From Octopus sinensis (taxonomy: Eukaryota), in NCBI RefSeq assembly GCF_006345805.1, contig NC_043006.1, forward strand, positions 12,152,001-12,216,000: a stretch of DNA of 64,000 nucleotides, in the 5' to 3' direction. This document shows, piece after piece, positions 52,017 through 64,000 of this stretch. A program made the position numbers and the translations under genes. Each line of letters starts with the position of its first letter. Within the stretch, counting starts at the first letter, position 1. The notes beneath the pieces were generated by a model that was given only the letters and a program-made list of their open reading frames with translations, was not told the origin of the DNA and searched no databases.

Positions 52017-52101
52017 ATAGAGTGCGAATCAAACTGTTTTGAATACAGCATGTGACTACTAATGAATATGTTGAGTACCCTTTCTTTCGTTTGTACACTC
52101 A

Positions 52102-52104
<3 letters not shown>

Positions 52105-52140
<36 letters not shown>

Positions 52141-52265
52141 ATATATATATATATATATATAATATATATTATATGTATGTATATAATATATATGTATGTA
52201 TATATAATATATATATATGTATATAAAAATGTATGTGTGTATATATATATAATATATGTATGTAG

Positions 52266-52319
<54 letters not shown>

Positions 52320-52356
52320 ATATTATATATATATATATATATATTATGTATATATA

Positions 52357-52420
<64 letters not shown>

Positions 52421-52445
52421 GTGTGTACGTATGTATATATATATG
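52105..52445. repeat. Degenerate (TA)n tract
   Basis: Low-complexity run. Confidence 0.95.
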
Positions 52446-53027
52446 AACACACACACGCATACACACACAAACATTCACGCACCCATATAAGCTTTAATCC
52501 TTTATCGATATTCAAATACTATGCTCTACGTGTAATTCGTCGAATTATGGTCAAACGTACTATACTTTTAATAATTCTAGCGACATGTCTGGTAGTAGAT
52601 TTGGAAACAAAAATATCCCTTGGTGATTTTTGCTGATAATTAATGAAGTTATTTCTCGCCGTTTCAGCAATATGGCTGGAATATTGCGACTTGACATTCT
52701 TCTTTGCATTTTATGGAGACTATAGGAGAGACGCAGAGTGTCTCCTACACATTTTATATATTAACGAAGTCGATAACAAAAGAGAAAAAAAAACACTAAA
52801 GGTAATAAATGCTAATAGTGATTGAATTTATGTTTTAGTGACAAGATGGTACCTTCGTTTACTTTTAAAATGAATGAAACATAACAAAAACGTTTGAAAT
52901 GAATATAATTCTGAAATCAGCAACAAACGCCATTAAAAAGACTATAATGATGAGCTAAGAAACAAAAACTATTGAAAACGCTATAAAGTTGAACTTTACC
53001 AATATTATTTAGATTATCTTACAACCG

Positions 53028-53170
53028 TCAGTCACCGACCCAATGAACCGAGATAAATTTAAAGCTTTAAAAGCCAAACGTCGTGTGTTCTTTCCGTGTC
53101 ACTTGAATGAGGGTGCTTGTGAGAGTGGAGTGCAGTAGCTGGCGCTGGCAATCTTGTAGTTCAGGTAAGT
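53028..53170 (+). promoter_or_regulatory. Possible non-coding first exon (Inr-like TCAGTC to consensus donor CAG|GTAAGT at 53164/53165)
   Basis: Motifs only; a second donor CCG|GTGAGT lies near 53299. Confidence 0.22.
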
Positions 53171-53183
53171 AGGCCGTTGGTAG

Positions 53184-53214
<31 letters not shown>

Positions 53215-54392
53215 ATGTGTGTATATAGATATACATAGAGAGTCAAATCTATTGAAATGATTGCAAGACGCAAATAAGAAAAACGTGGAAATTTTACCGG
53301 TGAGTGTGTTACATAATAAGGCACAAAAAGAAAATGGTTCTCCCCAGACACAATAGTATATATACATACATACATACATATATATATATATATACATACT
53401 TACACGCCCACTCTCACACACACACATAATTACACACACACAGATGCACACACGCACATGTTTATATAAAAGTGTCTATGTGTGTAAGTATCATGCTGTT
53501 ATAATGGACCTTTTCCCCTTTTTTATTTTGAAAATTGTTGAGGGATGTAATATTTTTTACTGTAATATGATTTAAGTCGCATCTTTCTATCCCAGAATGA
53601 ACAAGCACCTCCGAACAATCAGGGACATACAACACCTCCGAGCACTCCTATACCTTAACGATATATCCTTATTCAATATACGCGATACAGACAAGTGTAG
53701 AAAGCACATTTGTCGCTACAGTTATGTGCAGCGCGAATCGCCGCACTAACCCAAGACACTGTGTTGGGAAGCTTGTCTCTAAAAGTGCAGAGAAGCAAGA
53801 GATATTTAGATCTAAGTTTTTTTCGACCGTGGATAACTCTTGAATTTACGATTTTATAGAGACACGCCTGACTATGAACAGAGTACAATGTCAAGATTGT
53901 CACAATGAATTCTGTAGAATTCATCACTGTTTGTCAGTCTGTGTTCTGTGATTCTCATTCAGACCAGTATTTCTCAGACATTTCTAACTATCAACATTTC
54001 TCTTTTATTATCCACCATAACGCCTCCCTGTTATGTTTGAACATATCCACTCATATTTAATGTACATTTGCGTAACACGAGGCCAGAGAAATTTACAGGT
54101 ACTAGTCTGAAACGAGTGACAACATTCCACAATATAAGAATATGTTGTAATTGTAGCTGGTAGGCTGTTTATCTTAATAGTAGGTTTATATTTTTTTTAC
54201 GGTTAATGTTTAAATATGAGTTATAAATCTAAAAACTAAAAGCTGATCAGATGTGTCTGTTACTCCTCACTAATCAAACATATACAATCTGTCACCACCC
54301 TCCCAAGAAAGCGGTACTGTCCTCATTTGGAAGCACTGTGGTCGATGAAGCCATGCGCTAACTGGTCATCTAGTGGTTCGGCCGACTACTTG

Positions 54393-54814
54393 ACTTGACA
54401 GCATTCACCCGGGGTGGGTTGAGCTGGCTTCATTCATCCTCAATGCTGCATCTCTCACAAATGCTGACCAGGCCTGGCGATTTGAGGTTAACGACCGCGT
54501 TATCTCCAACCACTCCTTATTCCAATGACGAACGCCGTAGATATGAGGGCCTAGATTGGGTTCCAGATCAGCCTTGACAGTCATCAGCCAGGTTTTTCGT
54601 TGTCCACTACATCGCTTTCGCCAACCCTAAAGGGGAGCTGGAGTAATTGCTTCGTAGATGCATTCTCCTGGTTGACGACGGAGGGCATGACCCAGCCAAC
54701 GCAGATGACTCGTCAGGATGACTTGTCGCAGGGAGGTGATTCTGCACTGGTGTCACACCGAATTGTTGGAGACAAAGTGATGTCATCGGACAGGAAGGAT
54801 GCAACGTAGACAGA
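54393..54814 (-). mobile_element. RTE-clade LINE 3' fragment
   Basis: Minus strand reads SHLRWLGHALRRQPGE...GQRKTWLMTVKADL...NRQAWSAFV, with a (CAAGT)n tail. Imperfect TSD GGCCGACTACTTG (54380-54392) / GGTCAACTACTTG (54815-54827). Confidence 0.85.
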
Positions 54815-56734
54815 GGTCAACTACTTGCCCGTCAATCAGGGCGGACCTGAGGCTACATGGTTAATATACGTAACAGTAATATATACCGCAAAGTCAATCG
54901 ATAACCAAAGTTAGCCGTGTACAGATGAAAAGGGTAGCCAGTTATCAAACACTTTTACTGTGGCTCATGAATAAATCGCTTGAATGTGTTGACATAACGT
55001 GATCCGTGACAAATTTGAATTTCGTTAACGGAGAGGTACTAAAATGTGTCACATACTGTAGCTAATTTCAATGTATTGTATATTCAATTCTACGATATAA
55101 TAGAATAAAATAATTCTGTCAGAATATAAACACATTCATTCTTCTTGAATAAACTGCAGTTATTTTATACAATGTGTAAAATTCTTATCGCGAAGTATTT
55201 AATTATAATACGGTAGATATCCACTATAAATTCTGAACACAATACATTGCTGCTAGGATAGACGTAAATAAAATCTATTTCCTAGGAGCATGCAATAAAT
55301 TTATTTCTCGAATGCAAAATAAAAGTCCAATGAAATGTACTTATATATGGTCTAGTTACGATTGCTAAAAATTATAAAATATATATCTATTTTATCAAGT
55401 TATATGTTCGTTACGGTGAATATAAAACCATAGAATGACTGCTCTGAAAGCAGACGATAGTTTTTCTTGATGAATGATTATCGTGTACTGTATAATATTT
55501 ATACTGTGATAATGGATTATTATTAGCTTTGTATACGTCGGTGTTGATTTTTTTTTCTATTTGATTTATTGATAAATTTATTCGTGATTATTGTGTATAT
55601 AAATAAAGTTCTTTTATTAAAAATGTGTGCAGCCAGATTATATGAAATGTTATGTTTGTCAATTAAAATTTTATCGCATCGTTTTGTTGTTCGTGAAATT
55701 TATTTTTTGTTATGAATTTGTTTCTATAAATAAACAACTAAGAGACAAATATTTAATTTGCTACAATTCTTATAATTTTATCTAAAAAGAAAATTAAAGA
55801 TAAATATTAAAATTAAACTAAAAATGTTAATCAATAGAAAGACTGTTGACGCCCTAACTCGCCTTTTCCCCCCTGTTTATTACAAAATTTAAATGTTAAA
55901 GTCACATATATGTATGCAAATTGCTAAATAAAGAAATCAACTTCTGAATGGTGTACAAGGCTGAAGATTCCTCTTTGAATTGAAATGTATGGAAATCATA
56001 GCAACATTTCAAAATAATAAATTCCATCTCATTCATAGCAATGTTGGTATAAACTGAATTAACTTGCAATATTATCACGTGATGGACATAATATTTTCAT
56101 TATAACATAATACCAATTGCCAACGCGAAAGGCGTCTCTTGAATTCCTATTAAATCTTCTTATTCACCAATCACGTTTGATAGTGATTCTGAGACATGTT
56201 TATGGGCATCAAATGTGAATTAGCATGTAATTTTTAGGTTTCAAAACACCAAACAATTATTTCGTTGCAACACAGAAATATAGTCATTGAAATTACAAAT
56301 TTCTTTGATTTTTTTTCACTCGGCACTTCATACTTCATATAATTGATGTTTTCCTTGAAATATTTTTCAATAATTTCCCACCGACTGTATTTCCGTTTTT
56401 AATTTTCTGCAGAAAGTCGACTATATTTTACCTTATAAAGTTGGTATTCATAGATTTCCTCTACAAACACAGGGTTGAAATCGAACCGTCGTCATCAAAC
56501 ATGAGAGGTATGCGAAATTTATTGAAAGTTAATTTCAATGAGAAAAAGAAAGAATATTTATTGAAATAAATTTGGCATCAAGCACTGCAAAAATAATTCA
56601 ATGTATAGTTGTTGTTGTTGTTGTTGCTGTTGTTGCTGTTTTTATTATTGAAGTTGTTTAGCCCAGGGTGACATGTCTTTGAGTCAAGATATAATCAAAT
56701 CGATTCTCACCGAGTTTGTTTCATCTTTCATAGT

Positions 56735-57193
<459 letters not shown>

Positions 57194-58324
57194 GCTAATT
57201 TATTTCAAAAATGTTGCCATAAAGGCACGATACAGAGTAGCTTGCGAGATGGACAAAGACATTGATGAGGTGAATGATGAGAAAGATGATATTAATGGGA
57301 GAAGACAAAAAACAAAAAAAAATGCCCGCCGATTTTTTTCTTCATTATTCTTTTCGTTTTTTCACAGAAAAAGACAAAACGAAGTAATGAAACTCTTACT
57401 TCAGTCTTACAATTTTTGGACGAATAGTCCATTTAAGAATTGGGGCGTTAACCCGCTTAAACACAATAACATGCAATAAACATTATAACACTGAGGCTTT
57501 TCAACCTCTTGTCACTATTCCTCCCCAACATCGCTTGTGCCCGTACACTCCGCGATCACCCACGCTTCATTCAGAACCAAGGCGGGATACGAGCCGGTGT
57601 CGCCCGGCCAGAAGTGATATTCCTCATTGAGACCCTACAGCCTATACGTCACGGGCAACGTTATGACCTCCACAGAGGCCTTCGGAATCCTGTGTGAAGG
57701 TTGAAGTTACTCTCTTATGGCGCTTTTCCACCACTTCTTCTATACATGTAGCCTGGGTTTCATCTACTCCATTGCCTAACTTTGGATCTCTCTCTCTCTT
57801 TAAACATATGTGTGTGTGAATGTGTGTGCGTGTGTGTGTGTGTGCGCGCGCGTGTGTGTGTGTGTATGTATGTATACATTGGATGTATATATGTATATAT
57901 ATATATATATACATATATTTATATATATATATTATATATATATATAAATATATATATATAATAAAATTAAGGAAAGGCACTGAGGTTTCTAAGCTAAAAT
58001 ATTAAACGCCCTTATATTTCACTACGTGGACATTTTCTTTAATATTATGCATATTTCTACATATATGTCTATAGGCGAAGGCGTCACTGGGTGGTATGAA
58101 ATTTTAATTCGAAACCTACATACATGGAACCTTGGGTACGTATCATCTGTTATCCAAAGACGTGTAAACGGATTAGAAATACAGAAACTGAAAGGAAGCC
58201 CATTAAATAATAATTGTCTTTAAGATGCAATTTCAATATTAGGTGATAATACCGGAGATTCCATGGTTTTAACCGATTCAGTTGCAACATCGCCAGTGGA
58301 TGATCACGTGATTTCCCTCTCGCT

Positions 58325-59445
58325 ACCTGTTACCAACGTTTGATATCCACTATCGTGAAATATTATTATTAAAGGATATCAGTATACTTTCTCAAGTTAA
58401 CTTCACAGAAGTTTTTAAACATAAGAAAAATTTATGATTTGAAAGATGAAAAGAATCTATATCAGAAATATCTCTTTGAAGAATCCATACCAATTTTGTT
58501 TCCTCTTTTTACTGTCGGTTTAATGGTTTAGTTATGAACAAACTTTAATTCCAAAAAATAACAATAGTTTCTCTGCAATAGCAACAGCAGTTTGTTGCTG
58601 AGTGTTCAATATTACATTATTACATAAACTATTTTACAAATAACTGCATAATTATACATGAACCAGCTGTAGCTGTGTACCGGCACAACATCGAGTGAGT
58701 GGTTGTAATAGTGCTAGCAAAGTTACTCATCTGATGACGTGCCAGCATACTGCAGCTGCTGTTGCTGTTACTGTTGAGCGAAACGGTCTTCGTTCCAGAG
58801 CTCGCAAGATGGGAGAAGTCCGAAATGTGGTCCTTTGCTATTCGTAAGACCCGCAGAAGAGAAAGCAGGTCAACCCCCGACACCGAGAGCATCGACGGAT
58901 GGATGAATGCGCATCCAGGCTCAGCGGTTGCGTAGGAAGTCGGGGACAAGAAACAGGAAGACAGAGTGAGAGAAATTTGGGGCGAAAGAGTACAACAGCG
59001 GTCGAAACCACCCCCTGCCGGAGCCTCGTGGAGCTTTAGGTGTTTTCACTCAATAAACACACACAACGCCCGGTCTGGGAATCGAAACCGCGATCCTCCG
59101 ACCGCGAGTCCACTGCCCTAACCACTGGGCCATTGTGCATCCACTTACTGCAGCTGCAGGACCATATTTATTTAATTATTTGTAGAATAGTTTATGAGGA
59201 AAATTCAGCAATTAACAACACCAATCACAACCTGTTATCAACGCATAATATTCACTTGCTCGAAATGTTGTTATGACAGGACATCAGTATACATTTGCAA
59301 TTTAACTTCGCAAAAAGTTTTTAAACATAAAAATTATATGATTTGGAAGATGAAAAGAATCTCTATCAGATATATCTGTTTGAAGAATCTCTAACGATTT
59401 TGTTACCATTTTTGTTTTGGTGTTGGTTTAGTGGTTTAGCTATGC
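58325..59445. repeat. Diverged direct duplication (58325-58540 versus ~59230-59445)
   Basis: Shared blocks ACCTGTTA.CAACG, ATCAGTATAC, AAGTTTTTAAACATAA and AGATGAAAAGAATCT.TATCAGA; offset about 0.9 kb. Confidence 0.8.
58760..59145 (-). mobile_element. SINE family C, 3' variant 3, (CAG/CAA)-type tail
   Basis: Same head as 42983. A 12-bp TSD TACTGCAGCTGC lies at 58748-58759 and 59146-59157. Confidence 0.9.
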
Positions 59446-60480
59446 TTTCTTTCTATGCTGGTGCTCTCTTAGGGAATCAAATAATACGTAGCGTTATTGG
59501 GAAGGAGAACCTTCAACCAAATGATGAGTATAATAATATATATATTTTTTCATGTCTAAATGTTTGATGCTCGTACAAGCTATAGAAATACACGTAGACG
59601 AAAAAGTGAACAGATATAGCTGCTGCTGCTGCTGTTATGCTTGCTGCAGTTGTTGTTGATGATGACGATGTTGTTGTTCAGACCTCGGCCACTCAGCCGT
59701 TCAGAAAATGAATTTCAGCCATGACAAGATGGCCATTTTTACCGGCAGAATATACCTTGTGTTTTATTAGTAAATATATGCTTCCTATTTTTTAAAGACA
59801 CTAGAGATGTGCTTGCGTGTGATTTGGTTGCTATTTTCAGCAGGGTGCGTGATCGCAAAGAAGATCACTCACCGAGTCCGCAAATCGAACAAGAAGTAGA
59901 TAAGGTACTTATTTGCCATTTCCGAGCTCCGCTCGCTATGAAGCATGTCTAGCTCAGGTCTTATCTACCCCATCCCTTATCTCTTGTATACCCGGCAAAC
60001 CTGGTTGCCTGAGAAGTATCAAAAGAATTTTTTTAGCTTATCGTACTTCGATACAAAAAGATCTACAACCTTCCGTCTCATTAAACCACTGTTGTTCCTG
60101 AAAGTTGTTTTTCATATGTATTATGGATTGCTTGAAGCTAACTTTCTCCCTACAACTCGACCCTTAGATCTGATTTATATATATATATAAATATCTATAA
60201 TGAAAGAGAATGCGAGAGAAAGAAAAAGAGACCGAAATAGTGGGAGAGAGAGGGAGAGAAAGCAAAGATAGAGAGAAAAATAAAAGAAATGCGGTTAAAA
60301 TTTATGACAGCCGTGTGGGTAGAATTCTTTTGACGTATTCGGAAGTTACATCTTCAGGTAATTACAGCTTCAGGTAAATGTTTAAACACATATGATGTCA
60401 AACAGGTGAAAAGTAAAGACATATATGTATAGAAGAAAATACGCTGCATGAATTTTTTATTATATATTATAATATAATAT

Positions 60481-60727
60481 AAGCGCACACATTCACTCAG
60501 ACGTACATTGTGCGCGCGCGCGCGTGTGTGTGTGCGCATGTGTGTGTGTGGGGAGGGGTTTTGTGTATGTGTGTATGTGTGCGTACGTGTGTGAACCCAA
60601 GCGCACACATTCACTCAGACGTACATTGTGCGAGCGCGCGCGCGCGTGTGTGTGCGCATGTGTGTGTGTGGGAGGGGTTTTGTGTATGTGTGTATGTGTG
60701 TGTATGTGTGCGTACGTGTGTGAACCC
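60481..60727. repeat. Tandem duplication of a ~118-129-bp microsatellite-containing unit
   Basis: AAGCGCACACATTCACTCAGACG at 60481 and 60599; both units end GTGAACCC. Confidence 0.92.
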
Positions 60728-60971
60728 GATTCGGTTAAGCACATAGATTTTCAACATCAGTAAATATTAAAAAGATTCAGAAAAACTTCATGTTTGCGAG
60801 CATTATCTATAGACTAGAGGTTTAGCAGTCAAACGGTGGGTAACTTTAGAAGTATACATTCCCACGGCATATGGCTTATATACAATAAATAAAATTCAGC
60901 TTTTATCAAATTTCTTGGCGTTTATAGAAAGTGAATTAAATACTAGTTTTCAAAACAAAAATTATTTGTCA

Positions 60972-61372
60972 TCTTTATATATAAAAGTGAAGTTGTGTGT
61001 CTGTCTCCTACGATTTAGATTCCTAACTACTCCCACATTTTGCGGTGCAGTTTAACCAAAACCGGGTATCTTATAGTCGTGATTCATATCGAGCCCTTCT
61101 GGGTATTAGCGCGCGTCTACGATGAGTCTACGATTAAAAAAAAAAAATTACCATCATTTTTTTCCATTTTAATGCATTTTTTCGGTATTATATAAGGGAA
61201 GTAACTCTCTAAAAATGTCTACGATGAGTCAACGATTTTTAAAAAAAAATTACCATCATTTTTTTTTCTATTTTTAATGCATTCTTTTGCTATTTTTTGG
61301 CTATAACTCTCTAAAAATGCTTATATAGTTATTTCCCTTAAAAACCCGAGCAACGCCGGGCGATACTGCTAG
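60972..61372 (+). mobile_element. Non-autonomous Helitron-type element
   Basis: A|TCTTTATATATAAAAGTGAAGTTGT ... CCCGAGCAACGCCGGGCGATACTGCTAG|T. It carries an internal duplicated block GTCTACGATGAGTC..ATTACCATCATTTT near 61116 and 61217. Confidence 0.87.
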
Positions 61373-61907
61373 TAAAATATAAGGCAGGTTATATATAACA
61401 CATAAGCTTCACAAAAGAGACGACGAGACATAAAATTTACGACCCCCTTGTTACTACTTGTCTTGCCGGGCGATACTGCTAGTGGTAAAATAAAACGTGA
61501 CTGGAGAAACCGACTAAGCAAGGAACGAACTAACCAGCGAACAAACCAGCCATCCAAGGTTTATATCGATAAATATTAATTAGATTCAACCGCTAATAAG
61601 ATCTAGTTGGTTTATAGTTTGGTTACGTTAATCCTCATAATTTAATCTCGACAATTTAAATATGGTTCCAAAGAGTGTACGGTTTTCAATTTGAAATCTC
61701 AATTCAGTTAATCTTGTTTTGAAACGTTCCAGGCTGTCAAGTAAACTACATACAACATAGAATCTCACTGAAAAGTTGAATGTAAAGGTGTGTTTTTGTT
61801 TTTAGTTTTTGTATGTATTTCTGCGTCACATTTGTTGACCAAACATCCTCGACTGTGACATTGGTTTACAAAAGATGTTTGTATTGCAGTGTTTTCACTT
61901 TTTAATA

Positions 61908-61993
61908 TCATCATCATCATCAGTAGCAACAACAACAACAACAGCAACAGTAGCAGCAGCACCAGTAGTGGTAGTAGTAGCAGCAGCAGCACC

Positions 61994-62025
<32 letters not shown>

Positions 62026-62046
62026 CAGCAGCAGCAGCAGTAGTAA

Positions 62047-62090
<44 letters not shown>

Positions 62091-62091
62091 A
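61908..62091. repeat. Compound (CAT)(CAA)(CAG)(TAG)n trinucleotide tract
   Basis: Explains the poly-Ser/Val/Thr/Tyr ORFs. Confidence 0.95.
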
Positions 62092-62400
62092 CTGAAAGCA
62101 GCGAATTCAGTGAGACGGTGGGCACAAAACACTCTCTGGTTTCCTGAGCTTCCTGAGTTCAAATGCTGCCGTGAATAGTCAAGTACTCAAGTCAACTACT
62201 TGAGATGACGTACAGGTATTATATATTAGAAGAAATGAGGTACTCCGAAATCTGGATGGTTTTATGTTTACAGATATTTATTAATAAGTCACATGTTTTT
62301 ATAAATCATATATCAGCGCTTGCGTCCACTCTAGTGTAGTAGTTCTAATATATATTTATATATATGTATATATGTATGTACATATGTATTTATATATTAT

Positions 62401-62803
62401 AGTGTGGTAAGTAGCTTGCTTACCAACTACATGGTTCCGGGTTCAGTCCCACTGCGTGGCATCTTGGGCAAGTATCTTCTACTATAACTTCGGGCCGACC
62501 AAAGCCTTGTGAGTGGATTTGGTAGACGGGAACTGAAAGAAGCCCGTTGAATATATGTATATATATATATATATATATGTGTGTTGTGTGTGTGTATGTG
62601 TTTCTGTGTTTGTCCGCCCAACATCGCTTAACAACCGATGCTGGTGTGTTTACATCCCCGTAACTTAGCGATTCAGCAAAAGAGACCGATAGAATAAGTA
62701 ACAGGCTTACAAAGAATAAGTCCTGGGGTCGAATTCTTCGACTAACGGCAGTGCTCCAGCATGGCTGCAGTCAAATGACTGAAACAAGTAAAAGAGTAAA
62801 AGA
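62401..62803 (+). mobile_element. SINE family B
   Basis: GTGTGGTAAGTAGCTTGC head through the GTAAAAGAGTAAAAGAG tail. Confidence 0.9.
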
Positions 62804-62990
62804 GATACATAAAAACATACATTCATATAATGCTTTTAATGCGCATGGCTGTCTCATGATCGATTCCATGACTCCCTGAGTGACAGTGAAGTCATCATAT
62901 CCAGCAAATTATTATTTTTCCTTACCTGTGCAAATCTCGAGACTTCGTGTTGCAATCAAATGCTTTTATGTTTTCACACACACACACGCA

Positions 62991-63021
<31 letters not shown>

Positions 63022-63767
63022 TACACACACACACAATCGCAATGTATGAAGGCATGAATGTGTGAGTGTGTGTTTATAGTATATACCAAAAGATACATGC
63101 ACTGTAATTTTTCAGAAAGTGTCATTTTCACAAGTGTCATTACGATAAAAAATATAAATGTTCCTATCAATTTTGAACCTGTCTTAAAAAGTCGTGGTAA
63201 ATAGAGGTGCCATACTCATACTCCACGGATGCCACAGCACAATGATTGTAAAACTCAGCGTTAAAGAATCGTTTTCAGACATTCTTTTGCCGAATATTTC
63301 GCATATCCATCGAAGAATCAATAACGATACTCCAAAGATATTGGTGACTTTAGTAAGACTGCGAGTTCTCTCTCATCTGTATGAGTGCAAATATATAAAT
63401 AGGTATGTTCTAATTATTACTCATTCAGCCTGTACTTGGATCGATTCAATGGATTCCTCTTCCCCTTTAGAAATTTGTGGCCCCGTGCCAATTTGAGACA
63501 TCAATAATTCTTTCTTATTACTGGGATTCATGTTTAATTAGTTCATAGAGTGAAAAGCTAATTTGGTTATTTAGCATTGCTTTGCAGTAGTCAATAGCGC
63601 CGGTCAACTTTCTAAGTTTAGATCTCATTTCACTACATTTTTCCTCGTTACTCTCTGTATGTTGTAATTACTAGCAATATTCTCTAAAATATCACCCTCT
63701 GCTGCAGTATTTAGGTTTTTGAGCTGTCAAAGATATTCTTTTTAAATGTACAGTGTACACCTTAATA

Positions 63768-64000
63768 GTGGAGGCGCAATGGCCCAGTGGTTAGGGCAGC
63801 GGACTCGCGGTCATAGGATCGCGGTTTCGATTCCCAGACCGGGCCTCGTGAGTGTTTATTGAGCGAAAACACCTAAAGCTCCACGAGGCTCCGGCAGGGG
63901 ATGGTGGTGATCTCTGCTGTACTCTATCACCACAACTTTCTCTCACTCTTACTTCCTGTTTCTATTGTACCTGTATTTCAAAGGGCCGGCCTTGTCACTC
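63768..64000 (+). mobile_element. SINE family C variant 1, cut by the window end
   Basis: GTGGAGGCGCAATGGCCCAGTGG head; matches the reverse complement of 43140-43371. Confidence 0.92.

Overview
AT-rich, microsatellite-dense eukaryotic non-coding DNA. The tRNA-derived SINE families and the abundance of (TA)n/(CA)n/(TATC)n look like an octopus genome, but this is an inference from repeat content. I found no recognisable host protein-coding gene, and almost all ORFs in the track are microsatellite or SINE artefacts. Recognisable coding remnants are a twice-frameshifted Penelope-like retroelement (RT + GIY-YIG) with a ~565-bp inverted terminal duplication (1565-3808), an L1/Tx1-type endonuclease fragment (~12.0-12.3 kb) and an RTE-type LINE 3' end (54.4-54.8 kb). 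The window also holds about 25 SINE copies from four head types, including a 7-unit tandem array, and two short Helitron-type elements. The most notable hidden layer is about a dozen minimal type-I hammerhead-ribozyme motifs in short elements beside (TA)n tracts, from at least five sequence families, probably Penelope terminal-repeat derivatives; several have core variants or fold-back hairpins. Two unexplained signals are a diverged ~118-nt tandem array at 32.7-34.6 kb and a minus-strand acceptor followed immediately by a donor (candidate recursive splice site) at 1321/1322. All alignments and folds were done by eye, so element boundaries without a target-site duplication (TSD) are approximate.
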